A DNA stretch of 64,000 nucleotides from an uncultured Gammaproteobacteria bacterium. Lineage in GTDB: Bacteria > Patescibacteriota > Patescibacteriia > CAZSQN01. This document shows, in pieces, positions 1 through 9,568 of the stretch (positions within the stretch are counted from its first letter, which is position 1; each line of letters begins with the position of its first letter). Position numbers and translations under genes: made by a program. Below the pieces are notes generated by a model. The model worked only from the letters and a program-made list of their open reading frames with translations, was not told where the DNA came from and made no database searches. The stretch is from assembly GCA_964609095.1 (NCBI GenBank), contig CAZSQN010000001.1, positions 86,117 through 150,116 on the forward strand, given 5' to 3'.

Positions 1-871
1 GTTTGTTTTTGTCGCTGACTATCATTCCATAACAGCCGACTACAACCCTAAGGAAAAACAGGCGCAAGTATTGCTCCTTGCTTCAGAATTGCTGGCTTTG
101 GGAATTAATCCCAAAAAAGTTGTCTTGTATGTGCAATCAAAAGTTCCGGAAGTTACTGAATTGGCCTGGATTTTTAATACCGTGACGCCGATTTCCTTTT
201 TGGAGCGAATGACGCAGTTTAAGGATAAATCAGAAAGGCAAAAAGAAAATATCAATGTTGGCTTGTTTGATTACCCCGTGCTTCAAGCGGCGGATATTTT
301 AGTGATGAAAGGAATGGCAGTCCCGGTAGGCGCCGACCAGGTTCAGCACGTTGAGCTTACCCGCGATGTTGCCAGATTCTTTAATCGCAGATTCAGCGAA
401 ACATTTTTTGAACCAAAACCTCTTCTGGCTGAAGTGCCGCGCGTGATGTCGCTAATTGATCCGACAAAGAAGATGAGCAAATCCGTGTCGGGGTCTTTTA
501 TTTCGCTTGCCGACGAGCCCGCGGAGATTAGGAATAAACTGCGCGGCGCCGTGACGGATTTGGGGCCCAAAACCGACGGGATGAGCGCCGGCGTTAAGAA
601 TCTTTTTACTTTGCTTAAAGAATTTGGAAGCGGCGCAGACGTTAAAAAAATGGAATCGGCTTACAGCGGCGGGGCGTTAAAATACGTTGAGTTAAAAGAT
701 TTAATCGCGGAGAGAATCGCGGAACATTTTGCTGATTTCCGAAAGCAACGAGCGCAACTGTTAAAAAATCCAACAAAAATTAAAAAGATTTTGCGCGAAG
801 GCGCGGAGCGAGCGCGTCAGATTGCGAAGAAAACAATGGACGAAGTATTAAAAAAGACCGGACTTCGTTAA
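1..871 (+). CDS. trpS: tryptophanyl-tRNA synthetase (C-terminal part; 5' end lies upstream of the window)
   Basis: Open frame runs from base 2 through the listed ORF 71..871. KMSKS motif (PTKKMSKSV) and class I aaRS Rossmann-fold segments (YPVLQAADIL, GADQVQHVELTRDVARFFN) are typical of TrpRS. Confidence 0.85.
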   Translation, partial: FVFVADYHSITADYNPKEKQAQVLLLASELLALGINPKKVVLYVQSKVPEVTELAWIFNTVTPISFLERMTQFKDKSERQKENINVGLFDYPVLQAADILVMKGMAVPVGADQVQHVELTRDVARFFNRRFSETFFEPKPLLAEVPRVMSLIDPTKKMSKSVSGSFISLADEPAEIRNKLRGAVTDLGPKTDGMSAGVKNLFTLLKEFGSGADVKKMESAYSGGALKYVELKDLIAERIAEHFADFRKQRAQLLKNPTKIKKILREGAERARQIAKKTMDEVLKKTGLR

Positions 872-1083
872 TTGTTAGATTGTTGTATTGTCCCGCGTAC
901 GGGATCCCGCTTTGCGGTGATTATATTGGTTTTGCGTTAGATGGCCGGTAGATTGACAAACAGCTTATTTTTTGGTATTATATTTTGTGCATATTTCGTT
1001 CGTTTTCAATAGATTCCGAGTGAGTCGGATGGCTGCCCCCACACCAATCTTAACAACAACTGTGCTTAAAGCACGACTAAAGG

Positions 1084-1534
1084 CGAAGCCGACTTCGTCT
1101 TTATGGGTACTGATATATTAAGTATGTTGTAAAGAATGGTGTGGGGGAGGAAAGTCCGAACATCGCCCCGTAATATACGGGGAAAAGGCAGTCGCTAACG
1201 GCGACGGGCGCAAGGCAAGCGAGAAAAGAGAGGACAGCTGTTCTCTTTTCTCTCCTTGAACGAGGCCACGGATAGTGCAACAGAAAATATACCGCTTGAA
1301 CCCGAGCGAAAGCGAGGGTGAAATCTTGAGCGAAGTCGAAAGACTTCTTCAAGTCAAGTAAGGTTGAAATCGTGAGGTAAGAGCTCACGCGGGACTGTAA
1401 GTGATTACAGCCGTGGAAAACACCTGCCAGATGCAAGGCCAAGAATGGTAGGCCGCACGAGGTATTGAGCAATCAATACCCCAGAGAGATGGTCATCCTT
1501 CGCAGAAATGCGAAGACAGAATTCGGCTTATAGA
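1084..1534 (+). ncRNA. rnpB: RNase P RNA, bacterial type A
   Basis: Conserved blocks GGAGGAAAGTCCG (1146-1160), ACAGAAAATATACCGC, CGAGGGTGAAATC, GGTAAGAGCTCAC and 3' ACAGAATTCGGCTTAT. P1 pairing aagccga(1086-1092)/tcggctt(1521-1527). Overlapping ORF 1101..1472(-) is spurious. Confidence 0.85.
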
Positions 1535-1612
1535 CTCGCTTGGAATTTATTGAGAATGAAATGTGTTTCGCGTTTAGAGTTTTCTAAACCCCAAACCCTA
1601 AACCCTCTTACA

Positions 1613-3013
1613 ATGCGCCGATTAGAGCTTTTCTTTTTGGTAGCGCGCGTTCCGCTTGATTTTGCCGCCATTTTTTTAGCCGCCCTGTCGGCTTATTTTT
1701 TGCGTTTCGGCACCGTATTTGCCGATTGGCGTCCGGCCACGCAGATTATTTCTTTTTCAAATTATTTGGCCGTTTCTTTGTTTGTGTCCGTCATTTGGAC
1801 GGGGATTCTCGCGGCTTCCGGTATTTATGGAACTTCGCGTCCTAAATTTTTAAACGAAATTTTTAAAATCGTCGTCTCCCTTTCCACCGGATTCGCCGCC
1901 GTTATTTTCTTTTTATTTTTTAAGCGGGAATTTTTTGCTTCCAGATTCATACTGCTCGCCGGATGGCTATTGGCGATAATTTTTGTTGTTTTGGCGCACT
2001 TGGCTATGAGATCGGTAAGGAGATATTTTTACAGGCGCGGCATAGGCCTGCGCCGCGCCGCGCTCATCGGAGCCGGGCGCACAGCAGCGATACTCTTAGA
2101 ATCCTTTAAAGCTCATCCGGAGTTGGGAGTGGCCATTGCCTTTAATTTCGCGAAGATTTCCGACAGAGGGTTTTTGAGCGAGATTGATGAAATTATTTAC
2201 GCGGATGAGGTCTGGAACACGGATGCGTTTTCGGAGGTGGCGAAATTGGCGGAGGAAAAACACTTGTCTTTAAAATACGCCGCTGATTTTTGGGAAGGAC
2301 CGCGCTCAAGCGTGGATGTAACCGCGCTTTTTGGAGTTCCTTTGGTGGAGCTTAAAAAGACGCCGCTTGAAGGGTGGGCGCGGGTTGTAAAAAGAATTTT
2401 TGATCTTATTTTAAGCGCGTTTCTTTTAATTTTATTTTCGCCGCTTTTTTTACTTATCGTTCTGGCTGTAAAATTCGGCTCAAAAGGGCCTATAATTTTT
2501 AAGAATACGCGGGTCGGACAGTATGGGAGGATTTTTAATACGCTCAAGTTCCGCACCATGAAGAGCGAGTATTGCATCGGCCCGCAGTTTTCGGATTCAG
2601 AAAAGAATTTAGAATTAGAAAAAGAACTTATAAGCAAACAAGGGATAAAAAATGGGCCGGTTTACAAAATTAAAAATGACCCGCGCGTTACGATGCCCGG
2701 GCGCATGCTCCGCGCGACTTCATTGGATGAATTGCCCCAGCTCTGGAATGTTCTCCGCGGTGAGATGAGCTTGGTCGGCCCGAGGCCGCATCAGCCGCGG
2801 GAGGTGGAAAATTACAATCGCGACCAGAAAAGGATTTTTCTTATCAAGCCGGGCATTACCGGTTTGGCGCAGATTTCCGGGCGTTCGGATTTAAGTTTTG
2901 GCGAGGAATCAAGATTGGATATTTATTATATGGAGCACTGGAGGATTTCTCTTGATCTTATAATCATCTTCAAAACAATTTTAGCCGTTCTGCGCGGCCG
3001 CGGGGCGTATTGA
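1613..3013 (+). CDS. polyprenyl-phosphate glycosyl-1-phosphate transferase (bacterial sugar transferase, WbaP/EpsL-like)
   Basis: C-terminal bacterial sugar transferase domain (LDELPQLWNVLRGEMSLVGPRP ... ITGLAQISGRSDL) with N-terminal TM helices. Start placed at M36 (MRRLELFF) because the ORF's 5' end overlaps rnpB. Confidence 0.8.
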   Translation: MRRLELFFLVARVPLDFAAIFLAALSAYFLRFGTVFADWRPATQIISFSNYLAVSLFVSVIWTGILAASGIYGTSRPKFLNEIFKIVVSLSTGFAAVIFFLFFKREFFASRFILLAGWLLAIIFVVLAHLAMRSVRRYFYRRGIGLRRAALIGAGRTAAILLESFKAHPELGVAIAFNFAKISDRGFLSEIDEIIYADEVWNTDAFSEVAKLAEEKHLSLKYAADFWEGPRSSVDVTALFGVPLVELKKTPLEGWARVVKRIFDLILSAFLLILFSPLFLLIVLAVKFGSKGPIIFKNTRVGQYGRIFNTLKFRTMKSEYCIGPQFSDSEKNLELEKELISKQGIKNGPVYKIKNDPRVTMPGRMLRATSLDELPQLWNVLRGEMSLVGPRPHQPREVENYNRDQKRIFLIKPGITGLAQISGRSDLSFGEESRLDIYYMEHWRISLDLIIIFKTILAVLRGRGAY

Positions 3014-3099
3014 GCTTATAACTTACGGCTTTTAGCTTAAAACATTACCCAAAATCTGGGTTTTCTTTTTATTTACGAATTGTGATACATTTGAGAAGT

Positions 3100-4239
3100 A
3101 TGAAAATGGCTTTGGTTCACGACTACTTAATCCAGGACGGGGGAGCCGAGCGGGTGCTTATGGCCTTGCACGAGATTTGGCCGGAAGCGCCGGTTTATGT
3201 TTTGATGCACGACCGCGGCCGGGCTAATCCCGCCTTTCGTAGCTGGGATATAAGAACTTCTTTTCTGCAGAAGATTCCTTTTGGCATGAGGCGCTATCAA
3301 TGGCTCTTGCCTTTAATGCCTACGGCCACCGAATCGTACAATCTCTCGGAGTATGATGTTGTTATTTCTTCTTCCTCCGCTTTTGCCAAGGGCATCATCA
3401 CTAAGCCGGAAACGCTTCATATTTCCTATTGCCACACGCCAACGCGGTATTTGTGGACGGACAGTTTGAGTTATGTTGAGGAGCTGCGCGCGCCAAAAAT
3501 AATCAAAGGACTCCTGCCGCCAGTGCTCTCGTATCTGCGGCTGTGGGACCGTCTCTCCAGCGACAGGGTAGGGGTCTTTGTGGCTAATTCAGAAACCGTT
3601 GCCGATAGAATCAGAAAGTATTATGGCCGAGATTCGGTCGTGATCCATCCGCCGGTGGAGGTGGAATCGTTTTATGTTTCCAAAGATATTGGAAATTATT
3701 ATCTTATCGGCGGACGATTGGTTTCTTACAAACGGTTTGACATAGCGGTTAAGGCATTTTCGGAGCTGAATATCCCCCTAAAAATTTTTGGCGAAGGTCC
3801 GGAGTTAAATCATTTGCGTTCTCTTGCCAAAGCAAATGTGGAATTTTTGGGACGGATCAGCGAAGAAGAAAAGCGTCGGCTCTACAGCCGCTGCGTCGCC
3901 TTTCTCCATCCGCAGGTTGAGGATTTTGGCATTACGGCCGTTGAAGCCATGGCTTCCGGCAGGCCGGTTATTGCTTATCGCCGCGGCGGCGCGATGGAAA
4001 CGGTTCTTCCGGGCGTGACCGGCGTATTTTTTAACGAGCAGACCTGGGAAAATCTGGCTCATACCATTATCAGATTTAAGCCGGAATTGTTTAACGGAGA
4101 AATTATCCGGCAACACGCTTTTGCTTTTGGCCAAGCCCGTTTTGGGAGCGCTATGAAAGAATTGGTTCAGAAAGAGTGGGCTACTTTTTGCGCCAGACGC
4201 GGCATAGCGGCAGAAAAACAAATAAGCATGCCCGCCTAA
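3100..4239 (+). CDS. glycosyltransferase family 4 (GT-B fold)
   Basis: GT4 architecture with C-terminal E-x7-E-like motif region (FLHPQVEDFGITAVEAMASGRPVIAYRRGG). Start ambiguous between 3082 GTG, 3100 ATG and 3106 ATG. Confidence 0.75.
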   Translation: MKMALVHDYLIQDGGAERVLMALHEIWPEAPVYVLMHDRGRANPAFRSWDIRTSFLQKIPFGMRRYQWLLPLMPTATESYNLSEYDVVISSSSAFAKGIITKPETLHISYCHTPTRYLWTDSLSYVEELRAPKIIKGLLPPVLSYLRLWDRLSSDRVGVFVANSETVADRIRKYYGRDSVVIHPPVEVESFYVSKDIGNYYLIGGRLVSYKRFDIAVKAFSELNIPLKIFGEGPELNHLRSLAKANVEFLGRISEEEKRRLYSRCVAFLHPQVEDFGITAVEAMASGRPVIAYRRGGAMETVLPGVTGVFFNEQTWENLAHTIIRFKPELFNGEIIRQHAFAFGQARFGSAMKELVQKEWATFCARRGIAAEKQISMPA

Positions 4240-4252
4240 ATTTTTTTCGCTT

Positions 4253-5407
4253 ATGTGGATTTGCGTTGACGGACGGGTCTTGCAGGATAAAGTTGGCGGC
4301 GGCGTGCAAAAATACGCTAAGCATCTTATGGATGCTCTTTTTAATTTGGACAAAGAAAATAATTATATTATTTTTACCAATTCTTACGGAGCGAGCGGCA
4401 TCCCGCAATTTTCCTATCACAACGTATTTGAAGCCGCTTTTTCATATCCAAACAAGATTCTTAACGCCCTGATTTTATCGCGCCGGCTATATTTGGATGA
4501 TTTGATTGAAAAAGAAATATCCCGAAAGTTTGGAAAAAAGATTAAATTAGACGCGTTTTGGGCCCCGAATCTGAATTTTGTCAATCTCCGGCCGGAAACT
4601 AAATTTTTGCTCAGCGTTCACGATATCTCCTTTTTGATTGAACCGGAATTTTTTACGCTCAAAGAAAGGATTTGGCATAAATTGGTAAACCCAAAGCTAT
4701 TATTTAATCGGGCCAACGCGCTTTTGCCGGTTTCTTGTTCAACGGCCGCTGATTTAGATAGAATCGGCGCGGAAAAAAACAAAGTATCGGTTATTTATCC
4801 GGGCATAGAACAAAAATATTTTCAAGAAATCAGCGAAGCAGAATTAAAACGGGTTCGGAACAAATATAATTTGCCGGAGAAGTTTATCCTGACTCTGGCG
4901 GCGGCCGGCAAGAGGAAAAATTTTGAAGGAGCAATCAAGGCGTTTCAAAACGGCAATATCGGCAAAGACATAAAATTGGTTATTGCCGGTTTTGGCACGG
5001 GCATAGCGCGCGCTTCTCGCGAGAGAATTATTTTTTTAGGTTCGGTGGATGAAGATGACTTGGCCGCCTTATACAAATCAGCGCAAATTTTTATTTATCC
5101 GTCTTTTTACGAGGGTTTTGGCTTCCCGCCCCTTGAAGCGGCCGCAGTCGGGACGCCGGTCATCGCGGGAAACGCGACTTCTATGCCTGAGGTTTGCGCT
5201 GGAAGCGCGATGCTTGTTAATCCTCATGACGCAAATGAACTTTCTTCGGCCATAACCGCGCTCGCCAATGAGTCCGCGCGGCAAAGTTATCTGTTGAATC
5301 GCGGACAAAATCGCGTTGCTGATTTTTCTTGGGCTGAATCGGCCCGTCTTCTTTTGAAATCATTTGAGAATTTAAAAAAACCGTCTCTTTTTGAGACGGA
5401 ATCTTAA
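4253..5407 (+). CDS. glycosyltransferase family 4
   Basis: GT4 C-terminal motif IYPSFYEGFGFPPLEAAAVGTPVIAGNATSMPEV and the N-terminal GGVQKY motif typical of GT4. Confidence 0.75.
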   Translation: MWICVDGRVLQDKVGGGVQKYAKHLMDALFNLDKENNYIIFTNSYGASGIPQFSYHNVFEAAFSYPNKILNALILSRRLYLDDLIEKEISRKFGKKIKLDAFWAPNLNFVNLRPETKFLLSVHDISFLIEPEFFTLKERIWHKLVNPKLLFNRANALLPVSCSTAADLDRIGAEKNKVSVIYPGIEQKYFQEISEAELKRVRNKYNLPEKFILTLAAAGKRKNFEGAIKAFQNGNIGKDIKLVIAGFGTGIARASRERIIFLGSVDEDDLAALYKSAQIFIYPSFYEGFGFPPLEAAAVGTPVIAGNATSMPEVCAGSAMLVNPHDANELSSAITALANESARQSYLLNRGQNRVADFSWAESARLLLKSFENLKKPSLFETES

Positions 5408-5826
5408 TTTGCGGCCTGTTCTTCTTTTTGCAAAACTTTTAAAGTTTTTTGCAAAGTTTCCATAAGTGCGCGGATTTGCTTGATTTGCAGCTCAAGAGAC
5501 GCGACGGTTGCCTGTATTTTTGGCTCTTGCAGGCGATCCGCCGGATTTTTTTCAACCTTTTCATTCAAAGCCGGCATGGCGAGATCAAGCAAGAAAGTTT
5601 TAATGGCCGCCCCAAGGAGCGCGACTTGTTTTTTGTGTTTGGCTCTGATGTCGTCTATTTCCGTTGCCATCTTCCGGGAGTTGGTATTTCGTTGCCCGAC
5701 AGTTTCCAGGGTCTTGGTTGCGTTTAAAAAGAGCTGTTTTATGACCTGAAATTGCACAGATTCCAGCTTGGCCGATTCTTGGAGCAGAGTAAAATAAAGG
5801 TCAGTTATTCTTTCATATCTGGGCAT
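5404..5826 (-). CDS. hypothetical coiled-coil protein
   Basis: 140-aa ORF between glycosyltransferase genes with Q/K/E-rich heptad-like composition. No recognised domain. Confidence 0.4.
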   Translation of the reverse strand: MPRYERITDLYFTLLQESAKLESVQFQVIKQLFLNATKTLETVGQRNTNSRKMATEIDDIRAKHKKQVALLGAAIKTFLLDLAMPALNEKVEKNPADRLQEPKIQATVASLELQIKQIRALMETLQKTLKVLQKEEQAAN

Positions 5827-5871
5827 CTTTTATCTCCAATCCCATTCATTTTATCATTAAGGAGGAATGCT

Positions 5872-7017
5872 TTGTCAACCTTCACGGCCCTTGATATACT
5901 TTATTATATGATGCGAGTAGGCATTGACGCTCGGTTTTGGGGAACAAACACAGGCATAGGCCGTTATGTGGAAGAACTGGTAAAGGCAATGTTAAAGGAA
6001 GCGGCCGGAGCGGAATTTGTTCTTTTTTTAAGGAAAAATAACTGGGATATGGCTCCGGAGGGGGCGGAGCGCGTTTTGGCCGACTGCCGCTGGTACACCT
6101 TGGGCGAGCAGATTTTATTGCCGCGAATCTTTGACGGCGCGAAGTGCGATTTAATCCATTTTCCGCATTGGAATGTTCCGGTCGGAGTGCGCACGCCTTA
6201 TGTTTTGACGATTCACGACCTGCTCCTTCTTCGGCATCCGTCGGCGCGCGCCACTCTTTTAGGACCGTTGCGTTACGCCGTCAAGAAGATGGGTTTTAAC
6301 TTTGTTTTGCGCAAAGCCGTCTCTAATGCCCGCGCCATTATTTCGCCGTCGGAATTCTCGGCGCGGCGCGTCAGAGAGCATTTTCCAGGTTCGGCTTCAA
6401 AGATTAAGGTTGTTTACGAAGGCCTTCCCGCTCTTAAAAGCGGTCCGGAATTTTCCTCGCTGGAGCAAAGGGGCGCGCGGAAACCATACCTGTTTTATGT
6501 CGGCAACGCTTATCCGCACAAAAATTTGGAAACGCTGATTGCGGCCGCGATTAAATTGCGCGAGAGCGGAGAAGAAATCAATCTGGTTTTAGCCGGAAGA
6601 AAAGACGCTTTTTACGAACGTTTGGAAGATAAATTCGGTTCGGAGAAATCTGTGATTTTTTTTGGCGAGGCAACGGACGAAGAACTGGACACGTTGTACA
6701 AAAATGCCGAGGCCTATGTATTTCCGTCTTTGGAAGAAGGTTTTGGTCTGCCCGGGCTTGAAGCCGTGGCAAGAGGGATTCCGGTTATAGCTTCGGAACG
6801 CGGCGCCTTGCCGGAAATATATGGAAATGCCGCCCTGTATTTTAATCCTGATAAAGTCGGCGAGCTTGCCGGCGCCATTGCCAAAATAAGGCGCGAGAGC
6901 GAGTTTAGAATCAAAATGATTAGAGAGGGCAATGAACGGGTTAAAAGATTTCAGTGGGAAGAAGCGGCTCGCCAAACATTTGATATTTATAAAAACGCGT
7001 TAAATTTCAAACCCTGA
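5872..7017 (+). CDS. glycosyltransferase family 4
   Basis: GT4 motifs (GIGRYVEEL; VFPSLEEGFGLPGLEAVARGIPVIASERGALPE). In-frame TTG at 5872 sits 5 nt after a perfect SD AAGGAGGA (5859-5866). Alternative ATG at 5908. Confidence 0.7.
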   Translation: MSTFTALDILYYMMRVGIDARFWGTNTGIGRYVEELVKAMLKEAAGAEFVLFLRKNNWDMAPEGAERVLADCRWYTLGEQILLPRIFDGAKCDLIHFPHWNVPVGVRTPYVLTIHDLLLLRHPSARATLLGPLRYAVKKMGFNFVLRKAVSNARAIISPSEFSARRVREHFPGSASKIKVVYEGLPALKSGPEFSSLEQRGARKPYLFYVGNAYPHKNLETLIAAAIKLRESGEEINLVLAGRKDAFYERLEDKFGSEKSVIFFGEATDEELDTLYKNAEAYVFPSLEEGFGLPGLEAVARGIPVIASERGALPEIYGNAALYFNPDKVGELAGAIAKIRRESEFRIKMIREGNERVKRFQWEEAARQTFDIYKNALNFKP

Positions 7018-7021
7018 TTTT

Positions 7022-9568
7022 GTGAAGGAAACAAATAAAAAAAAGAACCAGCGGCTTGAGATAGTGGAAGAGGATGAGGCAATAACTCTTAAATTTGATT
7101 TGGGCCCACATGAGAGGTCGCCTCATCTTTTGGATCTTGATTCCATTTCGACCGCGGCGTTTCAGAGCCGCGATGAGCAGGTTAAGGATTTCTGGACGGG
7201 AGCAGTCAAGCCGCCAAGGCCCGGCAGAATGAAAAGATTTATCGCCAATCTGCGCGGCGTTTTTGAAAATGAGCGCGAGCACCGCTTGCTTGCGCCGGGT
7301 AAGCCGCGATTATTGGCCGATCTCTTCGATGAGCTTTTAATCTGCAATCTGTTCGAGATAATATTTATCGGAGCGCGGGCTGTTTTTACAGCTTATTTTT
7401 CGGCGTTGGTTTTTTGCGCCGGGCTTTTGCGCCGGGAAGACAAAATCCAGCCGGAGGCCTCGAGATTGGCAAAAGCGGAAAGTTTTGGGAAAGCGCGCGT
7501 TCCGGTTTTTCTGACCAAGGTTCCGCTTTTACCCGGACTTAGCAGCCGGGTTGTTCCTTTGGCGCGAAAAGATTTAAGTTTTTTGCGTTTTTCCCCTCCG
7601 GTCAGATTTGAACGGGCGCTTGTTTCTTTCGTGCTTCTGGCTTTTGTTTTTATTCTGCCTTTGCGCGTTGCTTCAACCTACGGCGAGGTAAACCGGACGA
7701 AATCAGTTCTGCTTCAAAAAAGCGTGGCCGCTTTTGAGTCGTTGAATAAATCCTGGAGCCAAGTGGGAAATCTTGAGGCCGCGGCCGCCGCTTTTGAAGA
7801 TGCCAGCGAAGGATTTGACGCCGTCCTAAAAGATATTGAAGAAACGCATCAAATTTTGCAGAAAGCCGCCTCTGTTCTGCCCGAAGGAGAACAGCTTGAT
7901 GCCGGAAAATCATTGCTTCTCGCCGGTTCTTTGGTGGCCGCTTCGGCAGAAGTGCTGGCCGGACGGCTCGCCGCTTTAAACGATTCTGCCCTGCCTCCGG
8001 CGGAGCGCGTGCATCAGCTTGGAGAAAGTTTGAATACGGCTTTGCCCTTGTTGCAGAACGCCAGAGAAAAGCTTGATTCAATTTCGGTTGAAGTGATACC
8101 TGCGGAATACAGGAACGGCGCCGCCGCGGCCATGGCTCTGTTGGATCAAGTGATAGAAGGAGTGGAAAGCTCGGAAGCGGCCACTTCTGTTTTAGAATAT
8201 ATCCTTGGCAGGACTGAACCGAGAAGATTTCTTGTTGTTTTTCAAAATAATGCGGAATTGCGGCCGACGGGCGGGTTTATCGGCTCGTTTGCCGAAATTG
8301 ATTTTGCCGCCGGCGATATTACCCGCATGTGGATGCCGGGCGGCGGCTCGTATGAGCTCCAGGGAGGTTTGCGGGCAACAGTCATTCCGCCCGAACCGCT
8401 GCAGCTTATTGCTTCGCGCTGGGAGTTCCAGGACGCCAACTGGTTTCCGGATTTCCCGTCTTCGGCCAGAAAGTTAATGTGGTTTTATGAAAAATCCGGC
8501 GGTCCGACCGTTGACGGCGTTATCGCGCTCACTACTTCCGTGGTTCAAAAATTATTGCAGGTGACCGGGCCGATTGAGATGCCCGAATACGGCAAGATAA
8601 TCACCGCGGATAATTTCTGGCTGGAGACGCAGAAGGCCGTGGAATTGGAATACGATAAGGAGGAAAACAGGCCCAAACAGTTTTTAGCCGATTTGGCGCC
8701 CAAGCTTATCGCGCGCCTTAAAAGCAATGACCCGAAAACATTTTTTGCTTTAGCCAAAGCTCTGGCCGAAACAATCGGAGAGAAACATTTTCAGATTTAT
8801 CTGCGGGACCAATCCGCGCAGGAGAAAATCACGCATTTGGGCTGGGGAGGCGAATGGCGGCCAACTTCCGGCGATTCCTTGGCTATTGTCAATACCAATG
8901 TGGCCGGCGGCAAAACAGATGGAATCATAAGCGAGCACATCAAGCATTCCGCCAAAGTTGATGAGGACGGCTCGACAGTGGTAACGGTTGAGGTAACACG
9001 CGCTCATCAAGGAGTCAAGAATGAACTTTTTAGAGGCGTGCGCAATGTTGATTACGTGAGAATTTATGTTCCCGAGGGTTCTACCCTGCTTGAATCAAGC
9101 GGCTGGAGAAAGCCGGTCCAGTCCCTTTTTAATATTATTGACGAGAACGCTAATCCGGATACGGATCTGATCTCGGCCGATGCCGGCTCGGCCGAAGAAC
9201 CGGCAACGGGCACTAAAATCAGCCATGAATTCGGCAGAACTGTTTTTGGAAATTGGATTATGGTTGATCCCGGAGAGACCGTCACTTACAAGCTGGCATA
9301 CCGTCTGCCGCAGAAGATAACTTTTAGCCAGGCAGAGAACGGATTTTTGGAAAAAATTGGTTTGCGCGAAAAGGATATTCCGCAAGCGTCTTACAGTTTA
9401 TTGCTTTTGAAGCAGGCCGGAACCGTCAATACCACTTTTGAACATTCGGTGGAGCTGCCGGCTGATTGGCAAGTTATTTGGCGCAACGCTCCGGAAGCCG
9501 GCAAGTCCCTGCCTTTGGACAGAGACAGGTTTTTCGGGGTTGTGGCCACGCCGGCCCACGGTTTATGA
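7022..9568 (+). CDS. DUF4012-like large membrane-anchored protein
   Basis: 848 aa, N-terminal TM segment, conserved LVVFQNNAELRPTGGFIGSFAEIDF block recalled from DUF4012 proteins that pair with DUF11-type surface proteins in CPR genomes. GTG start; 4-bp overlap with the next gene. Confidence 0.6.
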   Translation: MKETNKKKNQRLEIVEEDEAITLKFDLGPHERSPHLLDLDSISTAAFQSRDEQVKDFWTGAVKPPRPGRMKRFIANLRGVFENEREHRLLAPGKPRLLADLFDELLICNLFEIIFIGARAVFTAYFSALVFCAGLLRREDKIQPEASRLAKAESFGKARVPVFLTKVPLLPGLSSRVVPLARKDLSFLRFSPPVRFERALVSFVLLAFVFILPLRVASTYGEVNRTKSVLLQKSVAAFESLNKSWSQVGNLEAAAAAFEDASEGFDAVLKDIEETHQILQKAASVLPEGEQLDAGKSLLLAGSLVAASAEVLAGRLAALNDSALPPAERVHQLGESLNTALPLLQNAREKLDSISVEVIPAEYRNGAAAAMALLDQVIEGVESSEAATSVLEYILGRTEPRRFLVVFQNNAELRPTGGFIGSFAEIDFAAGDITRMWMPGGGSYELQGGLRATVIPPEPLQLIASRWEFQDANWFPDFPSSARKLMWFYEKSGGPTVDGVIALTTSVVQKLLQVTGPIEMPEYGKIITADNFWLETQKAVELEYDKEENRPKQFLADLAPKLIARLKSNDPKTFFALAKALAETIGEKHFQIYLRDQSAQEKITHLGWGGEWRPTSGDSLAIVNTNVAGGKTDGIISEHIKHSAKVDEDGSTVVTVEVTRAHQGVKNELFRGVRNVDYVRIYVPEGSTLLESSGWRKPVQSLFNIIDENANPDTDLISADAGSAEEPATGTKISHEFGRTVFGNWIMVDPGETVTYKLAYRLPQKITFSQAENGFLEKIGLREKDIPQASYSLLLLKQAGTVNTTFEHSVELPADWQVIWRNAPEAGKSLPLDRDRFFGVVATPAHGL

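Noticed and set aside
1101-1472. 123-aa minus-strand ORF
   Set aside because: Fully inside the RNase P RNA gene.
7650-8081. 143-aa minus-strand ORF inside the DUF4012 gene
   Set aside because: Arg/Pro-rich antisense translation of a GC-rich stretch of the well-supported + strand gene.
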